A DNA stretch of 64,000 nt from Chthonomonas calidirosea (GTDB lineage: Bacteria; Armatimonadota; Fimbriimonadia; Fimbriimonadales; Fimbriimonadaceae), in NCBI GenBank assembly GCA_945859975.1, contig CAMAPH010000004.1, positions 1 through 64,000 of the forward strand, written 5' to 3'. Positions 40,254 to 49,923 of the stretch are shown here, one piece after another. The translations under genes and the position numbers were made by a program. Positions within the stretch are counted from its first letter, which is position 1; each line of letters begins with the position of its first letter. The notes beneath the pieces are model-generated. The model did no database searches. It was not told the DNA's origin and saw only the letters and a list, made by a program, of their open reading frames with translations.

Positions 40254-41341
40254 AGGGCGCGGTATTCGTTCCCGAAGACTTCGAGCTCTTCCATCGTTCC
40301 CACGCTAACGCGGAGGAAGTTGGGGTGGCCGACGTGCTTTCCGGAGCGGACGATCACGCCTTTTCGCAGCAGGGCTTGGAAGACCGGGTCGGCTTCGCGG
40401 TGGAGGTCGGCGTAGGCGAAGTTCGCATAGCTTTCGACCGGGGTGCCGCCGGTCTGCTCAAACAGATCCTTTAGGAACTGCAAGCCGAGGGTGTTGTTCT
40501 CGACGGTTGTTCGCAAGTGGTCCGTGTCATCGAGGGCGGCGACGGCGGCGACCTGGGCGAGGCTGTTGACGTTGAACGGCTCACGGGCGCGGTGGTAGGC
40601 ATCGACGACGCTCTTCGGTGCAAACCCGAACCCGACGCGGATGCCAGCGAGGCCGTAAGCCTTCGAGAAGGTGCGGAGTCCGATGACGTTGTAGCCTTCG
40701 CGCACGAGGTCGGCGCTGTTTGGCATGTCTGGCGCATGGGCGGCGAACTCGAAATAGGCTTCGTCAAGAACGAGCGTCACGTGGTCAGGAAGCTTGTTTA
40801 GGAAGGCTCGAATGGCGGTGCCAGTGACAACGGTGCCGGTGGGGTTGTTGGGGTTGGCAACGAAGATCACACGAGTATCGGGCGTGACGGCTTCGAGCAT
40901 CCGGTTGAGATCGTGCTTGTGATCGGCGTCAAGAGGGATTTTCGTGAGTTTAGCCGGGGCGAGGTGGGCGGCGGCATCGTAGCGCACGAAGCTCGGGTTG
41001 CCCATGATCATCTCGGTGTCGGGACCGTCCAGGAAGAGCAAGCCAATAAGATGAATCAGCTCGTCGCTTCCGTTTCCGAGGAGGATGTTTTCGGCTTCGA
41101 GACCGAACTTTGCCGCGATGGCGTTTCGGATGGTGGCGGCGCTTCCGTCTGGGTACTGGTGGAGGTTGGCAGCGGCGCGCTGGATGGCCTCAACGGCCAG
41201 CGGCGATGGCCCAAAGGGATTCTCGTTGCTGGCCAGCTTGACGACGCGATCGAGGTTGAACTCACGCTTGACGTCCTCGATCGGTCGCCCAGGCGCGTAG
41301 GGCTCCATCTGAAGCACGTTCGGGCGAATGATTGCGGACAT
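40250..41341 (-). CDS. hisC: Histidinol-phosphate aminotransferase
   Basis: KLASNENPFGPS, GNGSDELI, NPNNPTG, DEAY, RTFSKAYGLAGIRVG. Confidence 0.93.
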   Translation of the reverse strand: MSAIIRPNVLQMEPYAPGRPIEDVKREFNLDRVVKLASNENPFGPSPLAVEAIQRAAANLHQYPDGSAATIRNAIAAKFGLEAENILLGNGSDELIHLIGLLFLDGPDTEMIMGNPSFVRYDAAAHLAPAKLTKIPLDADHKHDLNRMLEAVTPDTRVIFVANPNNPTGTVVTGTAIRAFLNKLPDHVTLVLDEAYFEFAAHAPDMPNSADLVREGYNVIGLRTFSKAYGLAGIRVGFGFAPKSVVDAYHRAREPFNVNSLAQVAAVAALDDTDHLRTTVENNTLGLQFLKDLFEQTGGTPVESYANFAYADLHREADPVFQALLRKGVIVRSGKHVGHPNFLRVSVGTMEELEVFGNEYRAL

Positions 41342-41370
41342 GGTAAGATTGTCCTGATTTTAGGGGCGGC

Positions 41371-42471
41371 TTAGATTGCAATCGCGTTCGACACGCTGTG
41401 CTCGCGCACTTCGTCTGCGGTTACTTCCCTGCCCAGCTTTTCGGAGAGGTAGATGCCTTCGGAGATGAGCATGGTGTTGAGGGCGATTTCGGCGGTGGGG
41501 ATCAGTTCGACTTCGTCGTTCAGCGCGGCGATCCAGTGGGACTGGGAGTTGCCGTACTTTTTGCCAAGGCCTTCCACGGTTTCCCAGCGGAAGCTGGCGG
41601 CGCCGATGTCGGCGGTAGCGCTCATCGCGAGGTTGCCGTAGTTTTTGAAGAAGCCGAACGGCCAGAGGCGGATGCCCGCATCGCTTCCGAGAATGACGTT
41701 TCCGTCGAGCCCGTCCAGGTTCACCGCCCAGGCTTCGATGATGTCGAGGGACTTGTTGCCTTCGAAGCGGACGAAGCCTAGGCCGAGTTCTTCGACGTCG
41801 TACTGAGCGATATCGCGGCGCTTCTCGTCCATCCAAATTTCTTGGTAGGTCTTTCCGGTGATGCGCTCGACCTTTGGATTGCCGAGGAGGAAGAGGTGGA
41901 CGGAGATGTGATAGACCCCCATGTCGTACAGCGCGCCCCCAGCGGCGTTCTTCTTCTGCACGAACGGAGGGGTGGCGTAGCCGTCAACGTAGGGTCTTCC
42001 GCGTCGACGGAATCCGGTGGAACGGGAATGGTAGACGTTGCCCAGTTCACCGGCATCGATGAGCTCTTTGGCGGCTTTGACTTCGTCTGAGTAGATCGTT
42101 CCAAGTTGGATGTGGAGCTTCTTGCCGGTTCGGAGGGCGGCGTCTCGCATTGCCACGGCGTCTACGTAAGTGCCGGCCATGGGCTTTTCGCAGTAGGTGT
42201 GCTTACCGGCTTCGAGGGCGGCGATGGAGACCGGAGCGTGGAGGTTGTTGTAAAGGCAAACGTCGACGGCGTCGACGTCGTCGCGCTTCAGGATTTCGCG
42301 GAAGTCGGTGGTGACTTCGGGGATGCCATAGGTTGCGGCAGATTTTTCGGCTGCTTCGCGGTTCAGGTCGCAGCAGACCACCATCTCGGCATCGGGAATG
42401 TCTTTGTAGTTCTGCATGTGTTGCTGTGCGATTTGCCCGCAACCAATAATTCCAATCCGAATCTTGCCCAT
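41371..42471 (-). CDS. Gfo/Idh/MocA oxidoreductase (cytoplasmic)
   Basis: IGIIGCGQIA, GKHTYCEKPMA, GGALYDMGVY. Confidence 0.9.
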   Translation of the reverse strand: MGKIRIGIIGCGQIAQQHMQNYKDIPDAEMVVCCDLNREAAEKSAATYGIPEVTTDFREILKRDDVDAVDVCLYNNLHAPVSIAALEAGKHTYCEKPMAGTYVDAVAMRDAALRTGKKLHIQLGTIYSDEVKAAKELIDAGELGNVYHSRSTGFRRRGRPYVDGYATPPFVQKKNAAGGALYDMGVYHISVHLFLLGNPKVERITGKTYQEIWMDEKRRDIAQYDVEELGLGFVRFEGNKSLDIIEAWAVNLDGLDGNVILGSDAGIRLWPFGFFKNYGNLAMSATADIGAASFRWETVEGLGKKYGNSQSHWIAALNDEVELIPTAEIALNTMLISEGIYLSEKLGREVTADEVREHSVSNAIAI

Positions 42472-42541
42472 AGCATCGCGTAGTTTGCGCGAGTTGGCCA
42501 GATTTGTCTAGCCCAACTTCGAGCGTTATGCATCGGCCAAA

Positions 42542-43288
42542 ATGAGCCGTATGTTCACGGTTTCTGTCGCGTTGGCAACGTTGCTCGTGTCTCCCCAGTC
42601 CGCCGCTCCGTTTGAGGAGAAAATTCCCGGTACGCTCGCGAGTTTCAAGATGCAGCCAATTCCGGCCCCGCCGGGCGGCAAGCCGTTCTACATTTCGACA
42701 ACCGAAGTCACCTGGGACGTTTTTGACATCTGGGCGTTCCGATTGGACCAGAGCGTTGAAGACCAGGCCAAGGGTGTGGACGCCGTTTCTCGTCCGAGCA
42801 AGCCCTACGGCGCACCAGACAAGGGCTTTGGCCACAAGGGCTATGCCGCGCTGGGCATGACTTACTTAGGCGCCCAGACGTTCTGCGGCTGGCTGAGCAA
42901 GAAGACCGGCAAGAAGTACCGGTTGCCGACCGAAGCCGAGTGGGAGTACGCCGCTCGCGCCGGTGCTACCACCGAGCCGGAGTTGGACAAGGTGGCTTGG
43001 TTCTGGGACAACGCGGAGGATAAGGCTTGGGGCGTTGGTACGAAGAAGCCAAATGCGTGGGGTCTTTTCGACACGCTTGGCAACATGGCGGAGTGGGCGG
43101 TCGATAAGGACGGAAAGCCGGTCACTTGCGGCGGCCACTACCTTTCCAAGAAGGGGCAGATTGGGTTCACGGCTCGCGCTTATCAGATTCCGAAGTGGAA
43201 CGAAAACGATCCGCAGAACCCGAAAAGTCGGTGGTGGCTCGCGAACGCGCCATTCATTGGAATTCGTCTTGTTTGCGAATTGCCGTAA
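42542..43288 (+). CDS. Secreted formylglycine-generating-enzyme (SUMF1) domain protein
   Basis: FYISTTEVT, YRLPTEAEWEYAARAG, PNAWGLFDTLGNMAEW, IGIRLV. Confidence 0.9.
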   Translation: MSRMFTVSVALATLLVSPQSAAPFEEKIPGTLASFKMQPIPAPPGGKPFYISTTEVTWDVFDIWAFRLDQSVEDQAKGVDAVSRPSKPYGAPDKGFGHKGYAALGMTYLGAQTFCGWLSKKTGKKYRLPTEAEWEYAARAGATTEPELDKVAWFWDNAEDKAWGVGTKKPNAWGLFDTLGNMAEWAVDKDGKPVTCGGHYLSKKGQIGFTARAYQIPKWNENDPQNPKSRWWLANAPFIGIRLVCELP

Positions 43289-43346
43289 CTGGCTATACTC
43301 GCAAACAAGCGGGGCTCGTTCCCTGCATATTCACGGAGCACTTTCA

Positions 43347-44597
43347 ATGTCGAACCAAAATGAACTCTCTCGCCGCGATTTGATCGCGAAGACGGCCGTG
43401 GCCGGCGCCGCAATGGCCGTCCCTTCTTTCGTTTTTGCCGGTTCTCAGGCGCAGATTAAGGTTGGCTTGATCGGATGCGGCGGACGTGGCACAGGCGCAG
43501 CGCAGGACAACATCGCAGCCGATTCGAGCACCGTTCTCTGGGCAATGGGCGACGTTTTCCCAGATCAACTCAAGGGCTCGCGAGACAGCCTGAAGAGCAT
43601 GGGCGACCGATACAAGGTTACGGACGACCGCGCATTCAGCGGTTGGGACGCCTACAAGAAAGTTATCGAGAGCGGCGTTGATGTTGTGATCCTTACCACT
43701 CCTCCGGCTTTCCGACCGATGCACCTCAAGGCTGCAATCGCAGCCGGAAAGCACGTCTTCATGGAGAAGCCGGTTGCCACCGACGCGCCGGGAATCCGCA
43801 GCGTCATGGAGTCGTCGGACATCGCGGCATCGAAGAAACTTTCGATCGTGGCCGGAACTCAGCGACGACACGATTTTGCCTACCGCGGCGCGATGGAGCG
43901 AATCCACAACGGAGACATTGGCGACGTCGTTGCGCTTTACGCCTACTGGAACCAAGGCGGTCTTTGGATGAACCCACGACAGGAAGGCTGGTCCGACATG
44001 GAATGGCAGCTTCGAAACTGGCTGTACTTCGCTTGGCTCTCGGGCGACCACATCACCGAGCAGCACGTTCACAACCTTGACGTTTGTAACTGGGCCATGA
44101 AGGGCCACCCGGTTAAGGCAACAAGCCTTGGCGGACGGCAGGTTCGAACCGATAAGGCATACGGCCATATCTTCGACCACTTTGCTACCGAGTACGAGTA
44201 TGCCAACGGCGTAAAGATGCTCAGCATGTGCCGCCAGATTGACGGTACGGCCTCTCGTGTTTCCGAGCACATCGTTGGTTCGAAGGGCACGAGTAATGCT
44301 CAGTCGATTAAGGCGGCTAAGGCCTGGCGATTCGAAGGCGACCGAACCAATCCTTACGTTCAGGAGCACAAGCACCTGATCGCTAGCATCAAGGAAGGCA
44401 AGCCGATCAACGAAGGACGCCAGGTTGCGGAAAGCACGCTCACCGCAATCATGGGCCGCATGTCGGCTTACACGGGGCAAGAAGTGACCTGGGAACAGGC
44501 GCTGAAAAGCGAGGAAACACTGGTTCCGGCGAACCTAGCGTTCGGTCAACTTGAGACTCCGGCCGTTGCGGTTCCGGGCAAAACCACGCTGAAGTAA
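43347..44597 (+). CDS. Tat-exported Gfo/Idh/MocA oxidoreductase
   Basis: SRRDLI, GLIGCGGRGTGA, KHVFMEKP, GTQRRH, SGDHITEQHVHNLD; ATG 43347 after GGAG. Confidence 0.9.
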   Translation: MSNQNELSRRDLIAKTAVAGAAMAVPSFVFAGSQAQIKVGLIGCGGRGTGAAQDNIAADSSTVLWAMGDVFPDQLKGSRDSLKSMGDRYKVTDDRAFSGWDAYKKVIESGVDVVILTTPPAFRPMHLKAAIAAGKHVFMEKPVATDAPGIRSVMESSDIAASKKLSIVAGTQRRHDFAYRGAMERIHNGDIGDVVALYAYWNQGGLWMNPRQEGWSDMEWQLRNWLYFAWLSGDHITEQHVHNLDVCNWAMKGHPVKATSLGGRQVRTDKAYGHIFDHFATEYEYANGVKMLSMCRQIDGTASRVSEHIVGSKGTSNAQSIKAAKAWRFEGDRTNPYVQEHKHLIASIKEGKPINEGRQVAESTLTAIMGRMSAYTGQEVTWEQALKSEETLVPANLAFGQLETPAVAVPGKTTLK

Positions 44598-44598
44598 G

Positions 44599-45519
44599 GT
44601 GGAAATCACCCGACGAAAGATCATTCAGTCCGGCCTTGCGGCCGGACTGACCGTCGCCGCCGCGCCGATTGCGGCGGCGTTTCCACGCGATAAAGCCATG
44701 GCACCCAAATTCAAGCTCAAATACGCGCCGCACTTTGGCATGTTCCAAAACCACGCCGGCTCAGACCTCGTCGACCAGTTGAAGTTCGCGGCCGACGAAG
44801 GGTTCACTGCCTGGGAAGACAACGGCATGAAGGGCCGCTCCGTGGCCGACCAAGAGCGTTGCGCGAAGGCGATGACGGACCTCGGAATCACGATGGGCGT
44901 CTTCGTTGCGAACGACATTGACTGGAACAACCCGACTCTTACGACCGGATCGAAAGATCATCTAGACAAATTCCTGAAGAATTGTCAGGATTCGGTGGAA
45001 GTCGCTAAGCGCGTGAATGCGAAGTGGATTACGGTGGTGCCGGGCACGTGCGATCTGCGCCAGGACATTGGTTTTCAGACGGCGAACGTGATTGAAGCAC
45101 TTCGCCGAGGCAGCGATATTCTCGCGAAGCATGGTCTTGTTATGGTGCTGGAGCCACTCAACTTCCGCGACCACCCAAATCTTTTCTTGAACAAGATTCC
45201 GCAGGCGTTTAGCATCTGCCGCGCAGTGGACAGCCCAGCCTGCAAGATTCTCTTCGACATCTACCACCAGCAGATCCAAGAAGGAAACTTGATTCCGAAT
45301 ATGGACCGGGCCTGGAGTGAGGTTGCTTACTTGCAGATTGGCGACAATCCGGGCCGTAATGAGCCGACTAGCGGCGAAATCAACTATCTCAACGTGTTCA
45401 AGCACGTAAACGCGAAGGGCTTTACCGGCGTGCTTGGGATGGAGCATGGGAACTCGAAATCCGGAACGGATGGCGAGCGAGCGGTTATCGACGCTTACCG
45501 AAAGTCGGACGCGTTCTGA
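44599..45519 (+). CDS. Tat-exported hydroxypyruvate-isomerase-family / xylose isomerase-like TIM barrel protein
   Basis: TRRKII, LEPLN, ILFDIYHQQ, QIGDNPGRNEP, GMEH. Confidence 0.88.
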   Translation: MEITRRKIIQSGLAAGLTVAAAPIAAAFPRDKAMAPKFKLKYAPHFGMFQNHAGSDLVDQLKFAADEGFTAWEDNGMKGRSVADQERCAKAMTDLGITMGVFVANDIDWNNPTLTTGSKDHLDKFLKNCQDSVEVAKRVNAKWITVVPGTCDLRQDIGFQTANVIEALRRGSDILAKHGLVMVLEPLNFRDHPNLFLNKIPQAFSICRAVDSPACKILFDIYHQQIQEGNLIPNMDRAWSEVAYLQIGDNPGRNEPTSGEINYLNVFKHVNAKGFTGVLGMEHGNSKSGTDGERAVIDAYRKSDAF

Positions 45520-45524
45520 GCAGC

Positions 45525-46538
45525 ATGAGCGAATTTGATCCCGAGTTGCATCCGCACCGGCGGTTCAACCCGCTCCTAGACGAATGGGTTCTGGTGTCGC
45601 CGCACCGGACCCAGCGTCCTTGGCAGGGGCAGCAGGAAAAGTCTTCCCTGCCAGACCGCCCTGCGTACGATTCGACTTGCTACCTGTGTCCGGGCAACGT
45701 TCGGGCGAATGGAGAAGTCAACCCAGCGTACGAAAACACTTTTGTTTTCGTGAACGACTACTCGGCGCTTCTTTCGGGCACACCGGAGGGGGTTCTTGAA
45801 GATGGAATATTCCGATCAGAGGCAGTGCGGGGCGAGTGCCGCGTCATTTGCTTTTCACCTCGGCATGACCTGACGCTATCTCGCCTGAACCAAAGCGAGT
45901 TGGAACTCGTGATTAACTTGTGGGCTTCGCAGTCGGCAGAGCTTGGAGCACGTTACGGCTGGGTGCAAATTTTTGAGAATCGAGGCGAAGCGATGGGCGC
46001 CTCGAACCCGCATCCGCATGGCCAAATTTGGGCAAGCGAGCATTTGCCGAGTTTGATCGTTCGTGAAGGTGCGTCTCAGGCTCGCTACAACGCCGAGCAC
46101 GGATCCCGATTGCTTCTCGATTATGCTGAGCGAGAGGTTGAATCGGGCTCGCGAGTGGTGTATGCCAATGAAGATTGGGCGGTAGTTGTGCCGTTTTGGG
46201 CAACGTGGCCGTTCGAAACGATGGTGCTTCCGCGGTTTGCGGTCGGTCGGCTTGAGGAGATTAAAACGCAGCGGCAGAGCCTTGCAGATGCGCTCCAAGG
46301 ACTGCTCAAACGATACGATTCCTTGTTCGATTGCCCGTTCCCGTACAGCATGGGTTGGCATCCCGCCCCATATTCTGGAGACTTTACGTCGTCTTGGCAG
46401 CTACATGCCCACTTCTATCCGCCATTATTAAGAAGCGCAACGGTTCGAAAATTTATGGTTGGATACGAAATGATGGCGGAAGCCCAGCGAGACTTAACTC
46501 CGGAACAAGCAGCCCAGCGGCTACGGGATGCGATTTAG
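45525..46538 (+). CDS. galT: UDP-glucose--hexose-1-phosphate uridylyltransferase
   Basis: HRRFNPL..WVLVSPHR..RPWQG, FENRG..MGASNPHPHGQIW, HAHFYPPLLRSATVRKF. Confidence 0.97.
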   Translation: MSEFDPELHPHRRFNPLLDEWVLVSPHRTQRPWQGQQEKSSLPDRPAYDSTCYLCPGNVRANGEVNPAYENTFVFVNDYSALLSGTPEGVLEDGIFRSEAVRGECRVICFSPRHDLTLSRLNQSELELVINLWASQSAELGARYGWVQIFENRGEAMGASNPHPHGQIWASEHLPSLIVREGASQARYNAEHGSRLLLDYAEREVESGSRVVYANEDWAVVVPFWATWPFETMVLPRFAVGRLEEIKTQRQSLADALQGLLKRYDSLFDCPFPYSMGWHPAPYSGDFTSSWQLHAHFYPPLLRSATVRKFMVGYEMMAEAQRDLTPEQAAQRLRDAI

Positions 46539-47071
46539 TGGCTAAGCCAGTAACCTTTATCACTCCGCCAAACCGAATCGAGCGCTGGAAAAAACTCTGG
46601 GCGACGCCAAAGAAACTCAACGAAGCCGAGACCGACGCGGCGTTTGACGAGTTCTTGGACAATTTGGTGCCAACGCACATGCACACGTTGTTCCTGCGGA
46701 AGTTTGGCCTGCCCAAAGCATCCTTCGGAAACCGATTCTTCAACGACGAATCGATGTACCAAAACTGGGATCTGAAGCTGACTCAGCTCCTCGCTGCGGA
46801 AGGGCCGCACATCGAAGCCACGGTGATTTACGGGTCGCCCGACAAGCTTGAAGCGCACACGCTGCGCGGCGAACGTCGACGATCCCTGAGGGACATCGTG
46901 ATCGACGATTGGCACGCGGCTTGCGCCATCGTCCGCTCTGACCGCGTTCATCTGTACGTTTTCATCGAGCCCAAAATGCGGGGCTGCATCGTTCGGTCGC
47001 TCAAACTCTCGAACGTTGCCGCCGAAGAGGAAACGCCCGAAGAACCAGAGTTTGTTGAGTTCGAACCCTGA
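46538..47071 (+). CDS. Hypothetical protein
   Basis: GTG overlapping galT stop (TAGTG); typical codon usage. Confidence 0.6.
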   Translation: MAKPVTFITPPNRIERWKKLWATPKKLNEAETDAAFDEFLDNLVPTHMHTLFLRKFGLPKASFGNRFFNDESMYQNWDLKLTQLLAAEGPHIEATVIYGSPDKLEAHTLRGERRRSLRDIVIDDWHAACAIVRSDRVHLYVFIEPKMRGCIVRSLKLSNVAAEEETPEEPEFVEFEP

Positions 47072-47120
47072 GCGGCAGAATCTGCTGAGAACACTCTTTT
47101 CGCGAGGCATCGTGCGAGCA

Positions 47121-47154
47121 GTTAACACTGCCTTAACGTCGTGTCAGACAGAAT
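47121..47154 (+). promoter_or_regulatory. Pho-box-like repeat and -10 element upstream of alkaline phosphatase
   Basis: GTTAACA-ctgc-CTTAACG, 10-nt gap, CAGAAT, 6 nt, ATG. Confidence 0.6.
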
Positions 47155-47160
47155 GAGGGG

Positions 47161-48690
47161 ATGAAGTTTTCGCGACGTTCACTTTTAGGCACCGGTCTTG
47201 CGGGTGCTGCTGGCATCGCATCCGGCGCTGGCGCGTTTGCGTCCTTGCAGGGCTACGGCGCGAAGCAGTCGAAGATCAAGAACATCATTTTCTTGGTCGT
47301 TGATGGCATGGCCCACCAGACGATGGGAATGGTCGACGTGCTTAGCCAGTTGAACGCCGGAAAGTCGTCTTACTGGGGTTGGCTGATGGACCAAAAGTTC
47401 GTGACGAACGGTCTGCAGGCCACCCAATCCCTCAACTCAATTGTTACCGACTCGGCCGCGGCGAGCTCGGCCTGGGGGAGCGGTCAGCACATTTTCAACG
47501 GGATGATCAACATGTATCCCGATCAGACCGCTTTAAAGACGCTGACGACTTTGATGCACGAGAAGGGCGTCCGAACCGGCCTTGTGACGACGACCACGAT
47601 TACGCACGCGACTCCATCGGGCTTCGCTGTTTCGATCATCAATCGCGACCTTGAACCGATCATCGCCGAGAAGTACCTGACCTCCGGCGTGGACGTTTTG
47701 ATGGGCGGCGGTAACCGACACTTTGCGGGCGACAAGCGCAAAGACAAGCGCGACATGTATCCCGAGTTTGAAAAGGCGGGCTATACGGTGGTTAAAGATC
47801 GTGACACGCTGATGAAGACCAAGAGCAAGAAGGTGCTTGGCATCTTCTCCGAGAGCCACCTTCCGTTCTCGGTCGACCGAAACAACAGCGCAGAACTTCA
47901 GAAAACGGTCCCGACCTTGGCCGAGATGACGAAGCACGCGATCGAGAATCTCAAGGACAGCAAGAACGGGTTCCTGCTTCAAGTTGAAGGCGGCAAAGTT
48001 GACCACGCTGGCCACGCGAACGACCTCGCTTCCATCGTTTACGATCAGATCGCTTTCGAAGAAGCCGTCAAGGTTGCGGTTGAGTTTGCGCTTAAGGACA
48101 AGGAGACCCTGGTCATCATTACCGCCGACCACGCCACCGGCGGGCCATCGGTAAACGGCATGGGCGACGAGTACGTGGATTCCAACAAGGGACTCATGAG
48201 CGTTAACGGAATGAAGGCGAGCTACGAAGTGCTGGCCCGAAAGTTTGGCGCCAGCCCAACCGCAGATTCGATTCGCGACATCATCAAGGCCGTTCTTGGT
48301 CTCGAGCTGAGCGCGGCCGAAGCGTCTGCGATTGTGGCCGGGCAAAAGGGCCAAGGGCCATTCAACATTAGCGGGTTCCTGAAGGCGAGCGGAATGACAA
48401 TGGCCAATATCTTGGGCAACCACACTGCGGTCACCTGGACGAGCGGAAACCACACCGCCGAGCATGTGCTCGTGACAGCGCTAGGACCTGGCAGCGAGAT
48501 GATCAAGGGACTCACCCGCAACGTTGAGTTCTTCGACTTCATGTTGGCGGCTAAAGGCATCAAGCACAAGAATCCGACGATGGACTACGCCACCGCGCAA
48601 GGCCATTACGAGAAAATGAAGCTGAGCCTTGACCAGGAATGGATTGAAATGTATTCTGTGCATGAAGATTGCGGTTGCCACCACGGCTAA
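47161..48690 (+). CDS. phoA: Alkaline phosphatase (PhoA family) with Tat signal
   Basis: SRRSLL; IIFLVVDGM, VTDSAAAS, THATP, EGGKVDHAGHAND, TADH, HT. Confidence 0.9.
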   Translation: MKFSRRSLLGTGLAGAAGIASGAGAFASLQGYGAKQSKIKNIIFLVVDGMAHQTMGMVDVLSQLNAGKSSYWGWLMDQKFVTNGLQATQSLNSIVTDSAAASSAWGSGQHIFNGMINMYPDQTALKTLTTLMHEKGVRTGLVTTTTITHATPSGFAVSIINRDLEPIIAEKYLTSGVDVLMGGGNRHFAGDKRKDKRDMYPEFEKAGYTVVKDRDTLMKTKSKKVLGIFSESHLPFSVDRNNSAELQKTVPTLAEMTKHAIENLKDSKNGFLLQVEGGKVDHAGHANDLASIVYDQIAFEEAVKVAVEFALKDKETLVIITADHATGGPSVNGMGDEYVDSNKGLMSVNGMKASYEVLARKFGASPTADSIRDIIKAVLGLELSAAEASAIVAGQKGQGPFNISGFLKASGMTMANILGNHTAVTWTSGNHTAEHVLVTALGPGSEMIKGLTRNVEFFDFMLAAKGIKHKNPTMDYATAQGHYEKMKLSLDQEWIEMYSVHEDCGCHHG

Positions 48691-48748
48691 GCAAAGTCAC
48701 GCATTTACGTAGTTGGCAAGGGGCGGCGTTTAGGTTAAGCTATTAAGG

Positions 48749-49516
48749 ATGGCGTCGCCCATATCAATCCAGTTTTGGACCCTGAGAACCATACTGAATG
48801 CGGAAAGTGCGCCAGAGATCATGCAAGAACTGGCCAAAATTGGCCTAAACGGAGTGGAGGGCGTAGCGCCCGGCTTTTCTAACTCCGATTTTCGCAAGTA
48901 CATGGCCGATCTTGGAATGGTCATCAGTTCCAGCTTTGGACCAACGCCAGAACCTGACAACCTTCAGAAGATCGTTGACGACCTAGGCGAGCTGGGAACC
49001 AACCTTCTGACCGGTGGCTTCTGGATTCCTGATCTTGAAACAAAGGATTCAATCAAGGCGTCAGCCGAAAAGCTGGCCTGGGCCATTCCTGAACTGAATA
49101 AGCACGGCATTGAGTACGCCATGCACAACCACTGGATGGAGTTTGAAACTCGAGACGGGATTCGGGTTATGGATCTCATGATTGAGCACTGCCCTGACCT
49201 CTGCCTGGAACTCGATATTTATTGGGCAAGCAACTTTGGCGAGCATAACAGTGCCGACATCTGCCGCCAATACGCCGACCGCATCACGCTATTGCACGTG
49301 AAAGATGGCCCCTTGGTCAAGGACCAGCCAATGGTCCCACTCGGACAAGGAAAAGTGCCGGTTCGAGATTGCATCGAAGCCTGTCAGCCAAAATGGTTAG
49401 TCATAGAGCTTGATGAGTACGAGGGTGACATGATGCACGCCGTCCGCGAAAGCTATCAATTCCTTATGAAAGAAAAGCTTGGCCTTGGCCGAGTTGCCGT
49501 GGACGAAAACCCATGA
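48749..49516 (+). CDS. Sugar phosphate isomerase/epimerase (AP-endonuclease-2 TIM barrel)
   Basis: YAMHNHWMEF, LELDIYW, LLHVKDG, G.G, VIELD. Confidence 0.85.
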   Translation: MASPISIQFWTLRTILNAESAPEIMQELAKIGLNGVEGVAPGFSNSDFRKYMADLGMVISSSFGPTPEPDNLQKIVDDLGELGTNLLTGGFWIPDLETKDSIKASAEKLAWAIPELNKHGIEYAMHNHWMEFETRDGIRVMDLMIEHCPDLCLELDIYWASNFGEHNSADICRQYADRITLLHVKDGPLVKDQPMVPLGQGKVPVRDCIEACQPKWLVIELDEYEGDMMHAVRESYQFLMKEKLGLGRVAVDENP

Positions 49517-49863
49517 ACGCCAGAAGCATCACCTTTTTGCCAACCAAAAATCTTAAGGCGACCGACCGCTTTTACCAAGGCATGCTCGGGCTACAACTTG
49601 CGCTCGACCAAGGCGTCTGTCGCATTTACTCCGTCGGCATTGATGGCGCTTGGGGATTTTGTGAGAACGTGCCGCTCCTCGACGATCCGAGCAAAGTCAC
49701 CCTCACCATGGTGGTTCCAGACGTCAACGAGTGGCATGTTCGCCTGACCGTTGAAGGTGCAACCGTAGACGGTCCGCCGCGGATCAACCAGCGATTCGGG
49801 ATCCAGCATTTCTACACAACCGACCCGAACGGCTATCGGCTCGAAATTCAGAAATTCCTCTGA
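49513..49863 (+). CDS. VOC/glyoxalase family protein
   Basis: FYQGMLGL, FYTTDPNGYRLEI. Confidence 0.85.
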   Translation: MNARSITFLPTKNLKATDRFYQGMLGLQLALDQGVCRIYSVGIDGAWGFCENVPLLDDPSKVTLTMVVPDVNEWHVRLTVEGATVDGPPRINQRFGIQHFYTTDPNGYRLEIQKFL

Positions 49864-49870
49864 GCCTTGT

Positions 49871-49917
49871 ACAAAAAGAAGGGCGAGTCACCGCGGGTGA
49901 CTAGCCCTTCTTTTTGT
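49871..49917. terminator. Bidirectional rho-independent terminator
   Basis: ACAAAAAGAAGGGC-g-AGTCACC-gcg-GGTGACT-a-GCCCTTCTTTTTGT. Confidence 0.9.
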
Positions 49918-49923
49918 TTTGCC

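Noticed and set aside
43344..44480. Long antisense ORFs (also 47533-48465, 12467-13156, 37659-38360, 55390-56070)
   Set aside because: Shadow frames of well-supported genes, expected from GC-rich codon bias; no recognisable motifs
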